Sequence record: OZ196593.1
Strand: one strand, 5' to 3'
Length of the DNA stretch: 64,000 bases
Shown here: in pieces, positions 43,985-54,700 of the stretch
How the letters are laid out: each line of letters starts with the position of its first letter
How positions within the stretch are numbered: position 1 is the first letter of the stretch
Notes under the pieces: model-generated
Database searches by the model: none
Seen by the model: the letters and a program-made list of their open reading frames with translations, nothing else
What the model was told of the DNA's origin: nothing
Translations under genes and position numbers: made by a program

Positions 43985-44562
43985 TGATTTTTTCAATATT
44001 CGATAAAACAGAATATAGTGACGTTGAGACAGCCGACATTTTCAAGAACTTGAATTATTATCACAAGCAATTGATCGGCTCATTTGATGTCATGCAATAC
44101 ACAATCGTAGGCGACTTTCGACCAGAACAGATCGCGCATCGTCTATATGGTGATACGTCGCTGTATTGGATGATTCTTCTACTGAACGAACGCGTCGATC
44201 CGTTCTATGATTGGGTTCAGCCCAATGAAACAGTCGCTGAAAATGCAGAGTATCGCTATCAGTGGATTGGCGGTAACGAGCAAGTGCATCATCATGTAGA
44301 TGAACAAGGTCGTTGGTGGTACGATATGGTAGAAGACCCCGACAACCCACGAAACTGGTACAATGAATTTGACTTCATCAACAACGCGCCTGAAGAGGGG
44401 CAAGAAGATCATCGCGAGATTTTATATCACGGTGTCATGATTCCTGTATCAGTTGATGAATATGAGTTCAACACAAATGAAAACTCGCGAGTGATCAACA
44501 TACTATCGAAAGACGATGTTAGTACGTATGTCAGCTCGTTTATGAAATTAGCAGGGGTATAA
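43984..44562 (+). CDS. 53: baseplate wedge subunit
   Basis: RPEQIAHRLYGDTSLYWMILLLN..DPFYDW; E...NEN.R.I. Confidence 0.9.
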   Translation: MIFSIFDKTEYSDVETADIFKNLNYYHKQLIGSFDVMQYTIVGDFRPEQIAHRLYGDTSLYWMILLLNERVDPFYDWVQPNETVAENAEYRYQWIGGNEQVHHHVDEQGRWWYDMVEDPDNPRNWYNEFDFINNAPEEGQEDHREILYHGVMIPVSVDEYEFNTNENSRVINILSKDDVSTYVSSFMKLAGV

Positions 44563-44563
44563 C

Positions 44564-45835
44564 ATGTTTGAAATGCGCTCGGCTAACCCCGTTGAGAACT
44601 TCGTGGTTAGCTCAATACAGATTCGAGGCGTAAATTACAGTGCAGGTGTCGAGAACGAGATCACGCACTTGGAAATTTACGAATCGCTTGATGGCTTAAC
44701 GTCAGGGATCTTCATGTTCACTGACACTGCGGGTATCGCAGACACATTACGACCAATGGGATTTGAAGCGGTTGACATCGAATTCGCGTCTCTTGTCGGG
44801 GCGCAAGCACATAAGGTTTATAAAAAGTCGTTTCGTTGTACTGGTATCACGCGTCAGCCATCAAAAACTGGTGGCTATGAGACGGTCATGATTCGATTCA
44901 CGAACAACTTAATCACGATGAATGACTATGTGAAACGACCGTATGTGTTCAAGAAAACAAGTATCTCGAATATCATCACGGCAATTCTAGATGGTCTTGG
45001 TGATGAAGTGCCGGTATATGACATCGAGCAGTCGCTATATCAGCGTGATTTTGTCACGTCGATTACAAAGCCGTTCGATACGATCATGAGCTTAGTGGAC
45101 TATGCGAGTACCGACGTGAATAACTCGTGTAAGTTCAAGTTCTATGAAGACCGCGATGGTCTGAAGTTCAAATCACTCGGCACGATTCGCGATCAAGATT
45201 ACGACTTCATCATTCGCAAGGGTGCGAATACAGGCGACGGTAAGTGGACGTCGGGTGAAGGCAACGCGATCACTGCACTTCGTGTTGTTGTGAAAGAACA
45301 ATCAAACATGCACGAAATCAGTAGCGGAATATTCGGTGCACGAACGTACGCACACAGCTTGATTAATAAAAAGCTGACAACTAGTGATGTTCGACGTAAT
45401 GACTATATCGCGAGTGTTGGTATTTTAAATGACACTGCTCACATGTACACGAGCGAAGACGTGTTTCCTAGTGAAGTCACCGAGTCTGAACAGCCATTGA
45501 ACAGCATTCAGCTTGTATCGCACGACGGGTTTTATGAAAAAGACACGCAACACCCACTAGGGTCAACGCATAGCGTGTCTATCATGGAAGAAACGTACAT
45601 CAGATCTAAGACGATCATCGTTGAAATCCCGGGAAATACGAATATGACTGTAGGTGAAGTCGTTTACATGGACTTGCACTCAGTAACTGGTGAGAATCAC
45701 GCGAGTTTAGACGCGTCAGGTCGATGGGTAATTCAAGAGCTGAAGCACCGCGTTGAACTGAATCAATTTATAACGACACTTGAGCTAGTCAGTGATTCAT
45801 CATTGAACGTAGCAGTGGCGGGGAGTGACACATAA
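44564..45835 (+). CDS. 27: baseplate hub subunit
   Basis: LEIYESL, FKFYEDRDG.KFKSL, IPGNTN.TVG; lies directly upstream of gene 5. Confidence 0.75.
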   Translation: MFEMRSANPVENFVVSSIQIRGVNYSAGVENEITHLEIYESLDGLTSGIFMFTDTAGIADTLRPMGFEAVDIEFASLVGAQAHKVYKKSFRCTGITRQPSKTGGYETVMIRFTNNLITMNDYVKRPYVFKKTSISNIITAILDGLGDEVPVYDIEQSLYQRDFVTSITKPFDTIMSLVDYASTDVNNSCKFKFYEDRDGLKFKSLGTIRDQDYDFIIRKGANTGDGKWTSGEGNAITALRVVVKEQSNMHEISSGIFGARTYAHSLINKKLTTSDVRRNDYIASVGILNDTAHMYTSEDVFPSEVTESEQPLNSIQLVSHDGFYEKDTQHPLGSTHSVSIMEETYIRSKTIIVEIPGNTNMTVGEVVYMDLHSVTGENHASLDASGRWVIQELKHRVELNQFITTLELVSDSSLNVAVAGSDT

Positions 45836-47100
45836 TGTTTATGGGATTAGAGGGCTTTGAATGGTGGACTGGTGTGGTTGAAGATCGCACTAGCGACCCG
45901 CTCAAGCTCGGTAGATTAAAAGTACGAATGATTGGCTTGCATCCCGAGAAGAAAAACTCTGAGCAAGGCATCAAGACTGAAGATTTGCTTTGGGTTCACC
46001 CGATGCAGTCGCTTGATAACGCAGCAATGAACGGAATTGGTAATGCATCAATCGGTGTCGTTGAGGGTACGTGGCTGTTCGGCTTCTATCGCGACAAACT
46101 TAGACAAGATGCAGTTGCGATTGGTTCACTTCCCGGTATTCCCGGTGAAGTTGCTAACGGCTCACGTGGGTTCAATGACCCGAATGAGAAATATCCGTTA
46201 GCTGATAAGCTCAACGAGCCAGACACGAATCGACTTGCGCGTAACGACGTTTCGACAGACGAGTACGACGAACAAACAGCAGTCGATGACTTCAACAGCG
46301 GCACGACTGATTACGTGCATAGACCGCACCCTGTCATCGCAGCGAAACGCGCTTTAGATGAAACAGAAATTCCAACAGCGGGATATAACGAAGACGGTGT
46401 GCCGTATGATGAGCCTAGCACCCCGTATAACGCTCAGTATCCGTTCAATCACGTTCGTGAGAGTGAGAGTGGGCATATACAAGAAATCGACGATACAGAG
46501 GGCGTAGAGCGTCTGCATACGTATCATAGAACAGGCACGTTTGAAGAAATTCACCCCGACGGCACGAAAGTGACTCGAATCATAGGTGACGACTTTGAGA
46601 TCGTGAAGCGCGATCAGAACTTGCTTGTAAAAGGCAACTTGAATATCACGGTAGTTGGCGATGCGACGTTCTACTGTCAAAGCAATGTAACGCAGCAAAT
46701 CGACGGTAACTTGAAACAACATGTGAAAGGCAATGTTGATCAGCACGTTGAAATGGACGTGACGCAGACAGTTGATCAGAACGTGAATCAAACTGTACAT
46801 CAAAACGTGACTCAAGAAGTCGATGGCAACGTATCACAGACAGTTCATCAGAACGTCACACAGCAGGTTGATCAGAATGTGACTCAAACAGTGGGCGGGA
46901 ACGTGCAAAGCACTGTCTCAGGGGATTACACGCAGAATATCAGCGGTAATTATTCGATAACAGTCGGTGGCTCGATGTCTGAGAGTGTAAGTTCGTCTTA
47001 TACGAGATCGGCAGCTTCTATCTCAGATGATGGTGGCGGTGCAACATTGAGTCTTGCAGGTGCAGCAGCACTAGACGGTTCAACAGTGAGCTTAGGCTAA
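45835..47100 (+). CDS. 5: baseplate central spike (no lysozyme domain)
   Basis: WWTGVVEDR.DPLKLGR OB-fold; YPFNHV.ESESGH..EIDDT...ER.H..HRTGT; octapeptide beta-helix. Confidence 0.9.
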   Translation: MFMGLEGFEWWTGVVEDRTSDPLKLGRLKVRMIGLHPEKKNSEQGIKTEDLLWVHPMQSLDNAAMNGIGNASIGVVEGTWLFGFYRDKLRQDAVAIGSLPGIPGEVANGSRGFNDPNEKYPLADKLNEPDTNRLARNDVSTDEYDEQTAVDDFNSGTTDYVHRPHPVIAAKRALDETEIPTAGYNEDGVPYDEPSTPYNAQYPFNHVRESESGHIQEIDDTEGVERLHTYHRTGTFEEIHPDGTKVTRIIGDDFEIVKRDQNLLVKGNLNITVVGDATFYCQSNVTQQIDGNLKQHVKGNVDQHVEMDVTQTVDQNVNQTVHQNVTQEVDGNVSQTVHQNVTQQVDQNVTQTVGGNVQSTVSGDYTQNISGNYSITVGGSMSESVSSSYTRSAASISDDGGGATLSLAGAAALDGSTVSLG

Positions 47101-47582
47101 TGGCTAGTATTCTTCCGCTTTTGCTAGAAGAAACACCAGAATCGGAGAATGTCGATGTGACGTTCTCCGCTGTTCTTGAAGAGGGCGAGACTCTTGATAG
47201 CATTAGCATAACATCGCACAGAGAAAATAACGGCATAACAGTAGTCGGCGCGAGATTTCACGGTCAATACGTCGATTCGTTCGATTTGGGTCCGAGTGGT
47301 TTGCAGTATCGCGATACGCGAGATAATAGCTATCACTCAGTGAGTGGCTTTGATGAGCTACCCGAAAATCCACAAAACGGTCACGTGTATCGATTCGAAG
47401 CACCGAGTCCGTTGACGACTGATTATGACTACACAGTAACTTTAAATTACACGTATGAAGACCCATTAGTACCGGGAATGCCAGAAGAGTTGGAGATCGT
47501 AGAGACGTTTACGCAGACTGTAAAAGGCAAATATGACGCTTGGGGTCAACAATTGCGTGATTACATAGCATTGGGGAATTAA
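47100..47582 (+). CDS. gp5.1-like baseplate protein
   Basis: position between gene 5 and the PAAR gene. Confidence 0.55.
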   Translation: MASILPLLLEETPESENVDVTFSAVLEEGETLDSISITSHRENNGITVVGARFHGQYVDSFDLGPSGLQYRDTRDNSYHSVSGFDELPENPQNGHVYRFEAPSPLTTDYDYTVTLNYTYEDPLVPGMPEELEIVETFTQTVKGKYDAWGQQLRDYIALGN

Positions 47583-47583
47583 T

Positions 47584-47880
47584 ATGCCAGCTTTAGCGAG
47601 ATCAGGTGACCCGACAACAGGTCATGGGACGTATCCGCCAACTAACGTAGTGGGTGGTAGTCCGAAAGTAAGCGCACAGGGGATTGGAGTTTTGTCGCAA
47701 GCAAACTTAGTTCACGTGACGCATTGCAATACAGTAAAACCGCATGATTGTCATGCGGGTTCAGCAGCAACGTACAGCGATAAAGTTTTTATCGAAGGAA
47801 GCCCCGCAGTTCGCATAGGTGATATGCTAACTTGCGGAGATACTGTAGCGGGTGGTGCAGGTAAAGTCGTTAGTTCTTAG
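47584..47880 (+). CDS. 5.4: PAAR spike tip protein
   Basis: GDPTTGHG, VFIEGSPAVRIGD..TCG. Confidence 0.88.
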   Translation: MPALARSGDPTTGHGTYPPTNVVGGSPKVSAQGIGVLSQANLVHVTHCNTVKPHDCHAGSAATYSDKVFIEGSPAVRIGDMLTCGDTVAGGAGKVVSS

Positions 47881-48226
47881 AGTGCGAACGAATTTCATCT
47901 TCACGCGTTGGTGACGTATCAACAGGCTCTGGCTTGAACGAGTTATCGTTTGCAGTCGGAGCAACTAGAACAACATCAGCGTCAACTTTGTGCGCGCCAG
48001 TGTCATCGACTACTTCAGTCATCACAGGGCGCGTGATTGGCGATGTTACTAGCTTCACACCAGATGCAACTACAGTGAACACAACGATTGTTAAGATGAT
48101 TTTAGCGAACGGTACTTCAACGTTCTTTGTCTTTGTCAGTTTCATTACGAACCAGATGAAGAACAGAGCTAGAAGTAAGAACGCAGCGATACCAAGAACA
48201 GGTAATACGGGTAGTAAGAATTCCAT
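47870..48226 (-). CDS. membrane protein
   Basis: two hydrophobic helices. Confidence 0.6.
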   Translation of the reverse strand: MEFLLPVLPVLGIAAFLLLALFFIWFVMKLTKTKNVEVPFAKIILTIVVFTVVASGVKLVTSPITRPVMTEVVDDTGAHKVDADVVLVAPTANDNSFKPEPVDTSPTREDEIRSHSKN

Positions 48227-48281
48227 TTTATTTCCTTTTTAAAAAAGAAGAGCGACTATTTAGCCGCTCTTGAGTTTTTGA

Positions 48282-49157
48282 TTACTTAACTTGAGAAGTC
48301 AGGTTAAGATTGTCAATCATACCGCTTGGTACGAACACTTTGTTTGTGCCTTGAGCCATCATTCGAAGTGTTTTCTGCTCTTCAAGGAAGCGAACGTTGT
48401 CGTTCATTAGCTTGTCGGCAACAAGTTTCTTCGTTTCAGCTTCGTACAGTTCGATTTCACGCTCTTTCTTCGATACTTCTTCACGAGTCTTGATAGTCAA
48501 CAGGTCAAGTTTACGCTGTGCGTTCACTGTGTCTTCTTCTTGACGACGTTCAGCAGATTTAATCTGTGCATCGGTGATCGTTGATGGGTAAACAACATCA
48601 GTCACGCCAACAACTTTGATTACGAACGGTGTATCAGCTAGTTCTTGATTCAGACGTTGTTTTACAAATTCGTTCAGTTTCTGACGAGTTGACGCGACTT
48701 CTGCGATAGAGTATTCAGCGACAATCGACGGAATAATCGTATTCAGTTTTGCACGTGCATAACGTTCGAACACTGTGTTCTGCTCGATTACACCAACTTG
48801 GTCAGCGAGTGATTTAAACGGAACTTTAGTAAACACGAAGTTGTATTTCTTCGGGTTCATCGCCATCGTCATTTCGATGTCGTACTCTAGCATCAGTTCG
48901 TCTTTCGGCATGAACGTGTTGAAGTTCATTTCGTAGAAGCTGTCTGACACATCAAGCATTACTAGACGGTCAGGGTAGCGCCAAGCCCAATCTAGACGAA
49001 ACTTAGAAGGACCACGCGGTTGAGCTGACGCATCGAAACCATCTTTCGTCTGAATCTTGCCGACGTAACCAGTCGGGATTTCAGCAGGCGTACCACAGCC
49101 AACAAGTGCTAGACCTAGTGCAGCGACTGAAAGTAGTTTTGCGATTTTCTTAATCAT
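48282..49157 (-). CDS. SPFH/band-7 (prohibitin-like) lipoprotein
   Basis: lipobox LVGC; IPTGYVG; SPFH core and C-terminal coiled coil. Confidence 0.7.
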   Translation of the reverse strand: MIKKIAKLLSVAALGLALVGCGTPAEIPTGYVGKIQTKDGFDASAQPRGPSKFRLDWAWRYPDRLVMLDVSDSFYEMNFNTFMPKDELMLEYDIEMTMAMNPKKYNFVFTKVPFKSLADQVGVIEQNTVFERYARAKLNTIIPSIVAEYSIAEVASTRQKLNEFVKQRLNQELADTPFVIKVVGVTDVVYPSTITDAQIKSAERRQEEDTVNAQRKLDLLTIKTREEVSKKEREIELYEAETKKLVADKLMNDNVRFLEEQKTLRMMAQGTNKVFVPSGMIDNLNLTSQVK

Positions 49158-49289
49158 GTTTTTCTCTCTTAGTTAATGATGTTTACTTCATTGTTTGTGC
49201 GCTTCGTTGCGCTGAGGAGTACATAGTAGGCAAATTCGATGCACCTGTCAACACTTTTTCTATAAATAATTAAAAATACGGAGAATAAC

Positions 49290-49709
49290 ATGGCAATTTC
49301 AGAGCTAAACACGCTGAAACCCGGGAAATATTACTACAGTGATATACCCGCGAACTTCAGTAAGAGTGTTGTAAACAATGACTTGAGCGCGTCATACGAC
49401 TTAAAAGCAGTTCAAGAATCGATTGTCGGGATCGTGAGTACAAATAAAGGCGAACGTCCTTTCAATCCTGAGTTTGGTTGTGATATCAACAATCAACTAT
49501 TCGAGAATATTTCACCTGCGAGTGCTTTTGCAATAAAGTACAGCATTGAGAACGCGATTTCTCAATGGGAGCCACGTGTAATACTCAAGCGTGTTGAGGT
49601 TAGACCGTTGTACGATCAGAATACGTATCAAGTAGAGGTTCAATATCGCTTGAGAACAAACGTAGACCGCACATTCGCGACGACAACTACACTCGCTAGT
49701 CGAACTTAA
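49290..49709 (+). CDS. 25: baseplate wedge subunit
   Basis: YSDIP, T.KGERPFNPEFGC, WEPRV. Confidence 0.9.
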   Translation: MAISELNTLKPGKYYYSDIPANFSKSVVNNDLSASYDLKAVQESIVGIVSTNKGERPFNPEFGCDINNQLFENISPASAFAIKYSIENAISQWEPRVILKRVEVRPLYDQNTYQVEVQYRLRTNVDRTFATTTTLASRT

Positions 49710-49791
49710 TAGAAGCCCGCCAGTTGAGCGGGTTTTTTTGTGCATTAAATATAAGAAACGAATTCTACGAGAAATTTATCAAGGGGATAAC

Positions 49792-51750
49792 ATGACAACT
49801 AACTCGAATTTGCCTGTTAGTTCTGGATCTTTTGAGACTATCAAGCAAGACCTTATCAAATACTTGAAAGGTCAAGATCAGTTCAAAGATTATGACTTTA
49901 AAGGTAGTCGTCTGAACGTACTAACAGATTTGCTTGCGTACAACACAATGTACATGCAGCACTACTCAAACGCAGCACTGTTTGAGGGTTTTATTCGCAC
50001 TGCGCAAAAACACAGCAGTGTGGTTCAGCACGCGCAAGATATGGGTTACGCGCCAAGCTCCCTATCTGCTTCAACTCATACAATCGGAATCAAAGCGTAC
50101 AACGCTGCGAACCCAGTTGAAATTACTCTAGGTACAGGTACGCGTTTCAGTGCTGACGTTGATGGTATCGAGAACTACGGCTATATCGTATGGGAACCGC
50201 ACATTCTAATCGGTGCCAAAGAAGACGCGCTTGACCCTGCATCACCGCTTGTGTATCAAGATCAGATTGATGTTGTTCAAGGTACGCTTGGTCGTTACGA
50301 AACAACTTTCTCAGAAACGCAATCAATCACGATCAAAGACCCTGATTTAGACCGCAACTACGTGCGTGTGTTCGTAGATAGCGCGGAATGGACAAACTGG
50401 ACTGATAAGTCGATTGTGAACGTATCGGGTGGTTCAAACGTGTTCTACTTGCGTGAGACAGTTGATGGCTATACTGAAGTGTACTTCGGTGAGGGTGAAC
50501 TAACAGATTTCACAGAAACGGCAGGCGCATACGACCCACAATACATTGGCGGTCTACGTCCGATTGAAGGGCAGCGTGTTCGTGTTCAATATGTGAAAAC
50601 TCAAGGTCCCGTTGCAAACGGCTCGAAGAACTTCACGTGGGCAGATGATATTCCGAACTTCCAACTTGATGACAAGAACATCGACGACAACCCGAATGAC
50701 GATGAAAACTTCGTTGGTTCGATTGGTGGTGGTTATGCAGAAGGCACAGAGCGTATTCGTGAACTTGCACCTGTATTCCGTGAATCACAACGTCGCTGTG
50801 TTACTAAGCTCGATTACGAAACGTTCGTGTCTCAGAAATTCGGTAACATTGTTCAAGCAGTACAAGCATTCGGTAGCACTGAAAAGCCAGGTTACGTGTT
50901 TATCTCAATCAAGCCGAAGAGTGGTTTGACGCTACCGCAAGTTGCACGCGCAGATATCGAAGATTACTTGAAAGAATTCAACATCGTGACAATCACGCCG
51001 AAAGTTGTTGACCCAGATTACTTGTACATCAAGCATGATCTAGTCGTGAACTACAGAACGGGTTCATTGTCAGAGGGTGCGGATTACTTGAAAGCTCAGA
51101 TCACCGACGCGATTAGCGATTACTACTACAACGACGTTGAGATCTTCAACGCATCGTTCCACGTATCGAAGATGCTTGGCTATGTAGATGACGCGCACGA
51201 CTCGATTTTAGGTTCACGCTGTGATATCTCACTGATTCGCGAACTAGTGAACTTCAGTCAGACACCGATGAGCGGCTACAGTTTCTTGAACCCGATTATT
51301 GAACGTTCGGTTAATTCTGAAGCAATTACTTACATCGCGCATGATTGCGAAGTGTTTATCAAGTCAACTGATCGACGCACGACTGAGACGCAAGAAGACA
51401 TCGGTACATTGTTATTGGGTCCGTTCTCAGAAGGAACAATCACTGACCCGATTGACCCTGAGACTGGCGAGCCAACGACTGAATACACGGGCGACGATTT
51501 TAACCGCGAAGTTATCGACGGTCGTTCGTTGTACTACAGAATCGGTACAGTCAACTATGCAACTGGTATGCTAGATTACGAGTTCGCAAACTTGGGTGTA
51601 AATACATCAGAATGGGATGTCGTTGGCAATCTTGTTGTTTCAGCATCGCCTACGCGTTCAAATATATACACAGACGACGGTAGCTTAATCGTTTATGAAA
51701 ACGAGCTACGTCCTCAATACACTGATATTTTCCTAGAGGGTATTTCTTAA
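49792..51750 (+). CDS. 6: baseplate wedge subunit
   Basis: FKDYDFKGSRLNVLTDLLAYNT, RCVTKLDYE. Confidence 0.92.
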   Translation: MTTNSNLPVSSGSFETIKQDLIKYLKGQDQFKDYDFKGSRLNVLTDLLAYNTMYMQHYSNAALFEGFIRTAQKHSSVVQHAQDMGYAPSSLSASTHTIGIKAYNAANPVEITLGTGTRFSADVDGIENYGYIVWEPHILIGAKEDALDPASPLVYQDQIDVVQGTLGRYETTFSETQSITIKDPDLDRNYVRVFVDSAEWTNWTDKSIVNVSGGSNVFYLRETVDGYTEVYFGEGELTDFTETAGAYDPQYIGGLRPIEGQRVRVQYVKTQGPVANGSKNFTWADDIPNFQLDDKNIDDNPNDDENFVGSIGGGYAEGTERIRELAPVFRESQRRCVTKLDYETFVSQKFGNIVQAVQAFGSTEKPGYVFISIKPKSGLTLPQVARADIEDYLKEFNIVTITPKVVDPDYLYIKHDLVVNYRTGSLSEGADYLKAQITDAISDYYYNDVEIFNASFHVSKMLGYVDDAHDSILGSRCDISLIRELVNFSQTPMSGYSFLNPIIERSVNSEAITYIAHDCEVFIKSTDRRTTETQEDIGTLLLGPFSEGTITDPIDPETGEPTTEYTGDDFNREVIDGRSLYYRIGTVNYATGMLDYEFANLGVNTSEWDVVGNLVVSASPTRSNIYTDDGSLIVYENELRPQYTDIFLEGIS

Positions 51751-54700
51751 TGTCAAATTTACAAGCCCCACCAATTATGGGCGTGTACATCGACAAACTG
51801 ACGCGAAACTATGTTGATTTGCGTTGGGATGGTGTCGGTGAGAACTTCAGATATGAAATACAAGTACGTTCGGCTGGTTCAGCCGATCACGTGCTGACTG
51901 AAACTTACCAACCACTATACCCAAACCCGTACACGGGCGAAACAAGTCTGTTTGCGCAAATCAATGAATCTGTGCGCTACTACCAGTGGCGCATTCGTGC
52001 TGTTTACACGAATTTCGATCCGGGTGAATGGACAGCTTCAGATGTCGGTTACACGTCAGATTCAAACGATTACGAAATCGGTACTCAATCGACGTTTACG
52101 GCTGCTCAGTCGTTTATTGAAGAGCGTTTGAATAACGATAACGACAAGTACCTGAATGAGCGTAACGAGTTGCAAGCAACGCTAGTGCGCCCTGGGTATG
52201 AGTTCGATACGAACATGTTCAACGTAGATTCGGCTGCATATTGGTTCGTTACAAACCCAGGGTTCAGTGCGAATTACGGTGAAGTTCCAAACGTGTGTCA
52301 GAACAACATGCGCGTGATCCCATCAGTTATCGATGATGTGATCTATGCATTCGAGCGTTGGCAAGAAGTGTGTAAGATCTCGAACAACGGCGGTCAAACA
52401 TGGCAGACGTATCGTGCAACGAACAGTCGTCTAGGCAATCCAGTGTACGATTGTATCTGTAAGCAGTCAGAAACGTTCAGTTACTTGTTAGGGTACGATT
52501 ACCTTATTCAAGGCGTTGCGTCTAGTGACGTTGATTACTCGCACGATAACGGTACTGAATACAGCCACGCGTCGGTTGACTTGACGTTCGATAAGCTTGA
52601 TTTCGATTTAGGCTTCGGCTTTGACGTTGAGCGTTTTAAAGATCTTGCAGTTTTACCACCACAAGTGCGCCACAAAGCAGATGCATTTGGCGTTGATAAC
52701 GTAATGACAGTTGTAACCGCGGGTAACACGTACGTATGGCACAACAACAGAATCCCGACTATTTGGGAAGATGTCGTGAGTGATCTATACGGTGAGCGTA
52801 TCTTTGAAACAATCGGTACGTCTAACAACGAGCCAGTATACTTCGAATCATACGTTGTTCGCGATGACGTGTCAAGACCTGATTTTGACGAAACGACGGC
52901 TGACGTGTGCGTGAAGAAAATCGAATACTTTGATGATCCAGAAGTTGGAATCGACTATCAAGACGGCAAAATGTACGCTCTTGTGACTGGTGAATGGGTA
53001 CACGATGAAAACGGCAAACGTATCTCAGTTTCAGACGACAACGAAATTCGTGGCGTGTATCGCATGAATCGCGACGAAATCATGGACGGTGACATCGTAG
53101 TTGGTTACGAAAACATCGAATGGGTTCGTGTATACGGTAACATTGAACCAGAGCGCGACTTGATCAACGAACGCAGTGTTATTTCTCGCGATACTGAACA
53201 TCTAATTCTAGGTCATGACTTGACGCGTGCATACGGTGAAGAAGGCGACCCTGAATACGACAATCGTCAAGAGTCTAGCGGTGCACCGGGTGAATATCAC
53301 TCCCAACCGGGAGATCACTACGGTACAATCGATGATGCAGCACTTGTTCAAGACAATGCAGAAGTTAACGAAGCTGTTCGCATGTTCAGCAAGCCGTACT
53401 ACACGACGCACGCAAAGCCTATGTCACAGATCATTGCGACTAAAGACGGTGACACGTGGGAATATAAGCCGCAAGATTACTACGGTAACGCGCATTTCAA
53501 CTGGATGGAACGTGAGAAGACACGCGACTGGAAATCATGGTCAAATCAGATCATGTATTACAAGTCGGATTCGTTATTCCGTCGCGACTTTGATAACACT
53601 GACGCTGAAAAATGGTCTGAAGTTCTTGAAAACGGGTCATACAAGTTCGAAGCACCGAATCTAGACGTGTTCGGCTTCAACGGCTACTGTGACGGTGCGA
53701 TTATTCACACTGCAAACGATAACAAGGTAATCGGTTACTACAAGTTCCCGTATCGCGTTAGCATCACAGCACCGATTCACTGGTCGCCTGTTCGTACTGT
53801 AATAACAGGCGAGTTGACGAATTACATCCCTGTGCTAATCGAAGAGCCGGAAGCAGATCCGACTAAACTTCTAGATCCGACGCTGACGCCATTGATTTAC
53901 AAAATGATGCCAGAGAATTACCTTGATTCTGACGGATTTTACAAAGATTTCGCGAAAAGCTATCTTGATTTCATTAGTAAAGGCGACGGCACAGCGTACA
54001 ACAACGTGTATAACTTACTGAACAGCAAATATCCGCGTGACGAACACTACGAAGAATATCTGTACAAGATGGTATACGAACGTAACCGTATTCTTGAGCC
54101 AGAGAAGCGCGACGCAGTTGTGAAATTCTTCTTGAGTAGACGCGCAGACTTCTACAGCACGAAAGGGATCATCGACTCGTACGAGTTCTTGTTCAAGTTG
54201 CTGTACAATGAAACAGTTGAAGTTGAGATCGAATCACTGAACGCGTTCGAGTATGCGATTACCGTTGCATCGAATGACGTGACAGATGACATCGTAGGTC
54301 GTCGAATCATCACAGAGGGCGGTCAGGCTGACGTGACATACATCGAGCGTGAATACATCGATGGTCGCAGACACTGGAAGCTGACTCTGAATAACTTAAT
54401 CGGTGAATTCAAAGCAGGTGCTGAAATCACAATCGTGAATTATGATTTTGAAGCAACAGCATTGACGGGCGTTAAGGGTGAGCGAATCGATTATGACTCG
54501 AACGAGTATCTTGATCGAAGCAAAACGTACTACGTCATGAAGCTACGTTCTGAAATGCAACTGAGCCAGTACAAAGACGATATCATTCGTTTCGTACACC
54601 CAATCGGCTTCGGCTTCGTGGGTATCACATTGCTGACAGTTCTTGTGAATCACGGCATTTCAGTTGACCATCACGAAACAATCGTCGATTCGTTCCGTTC

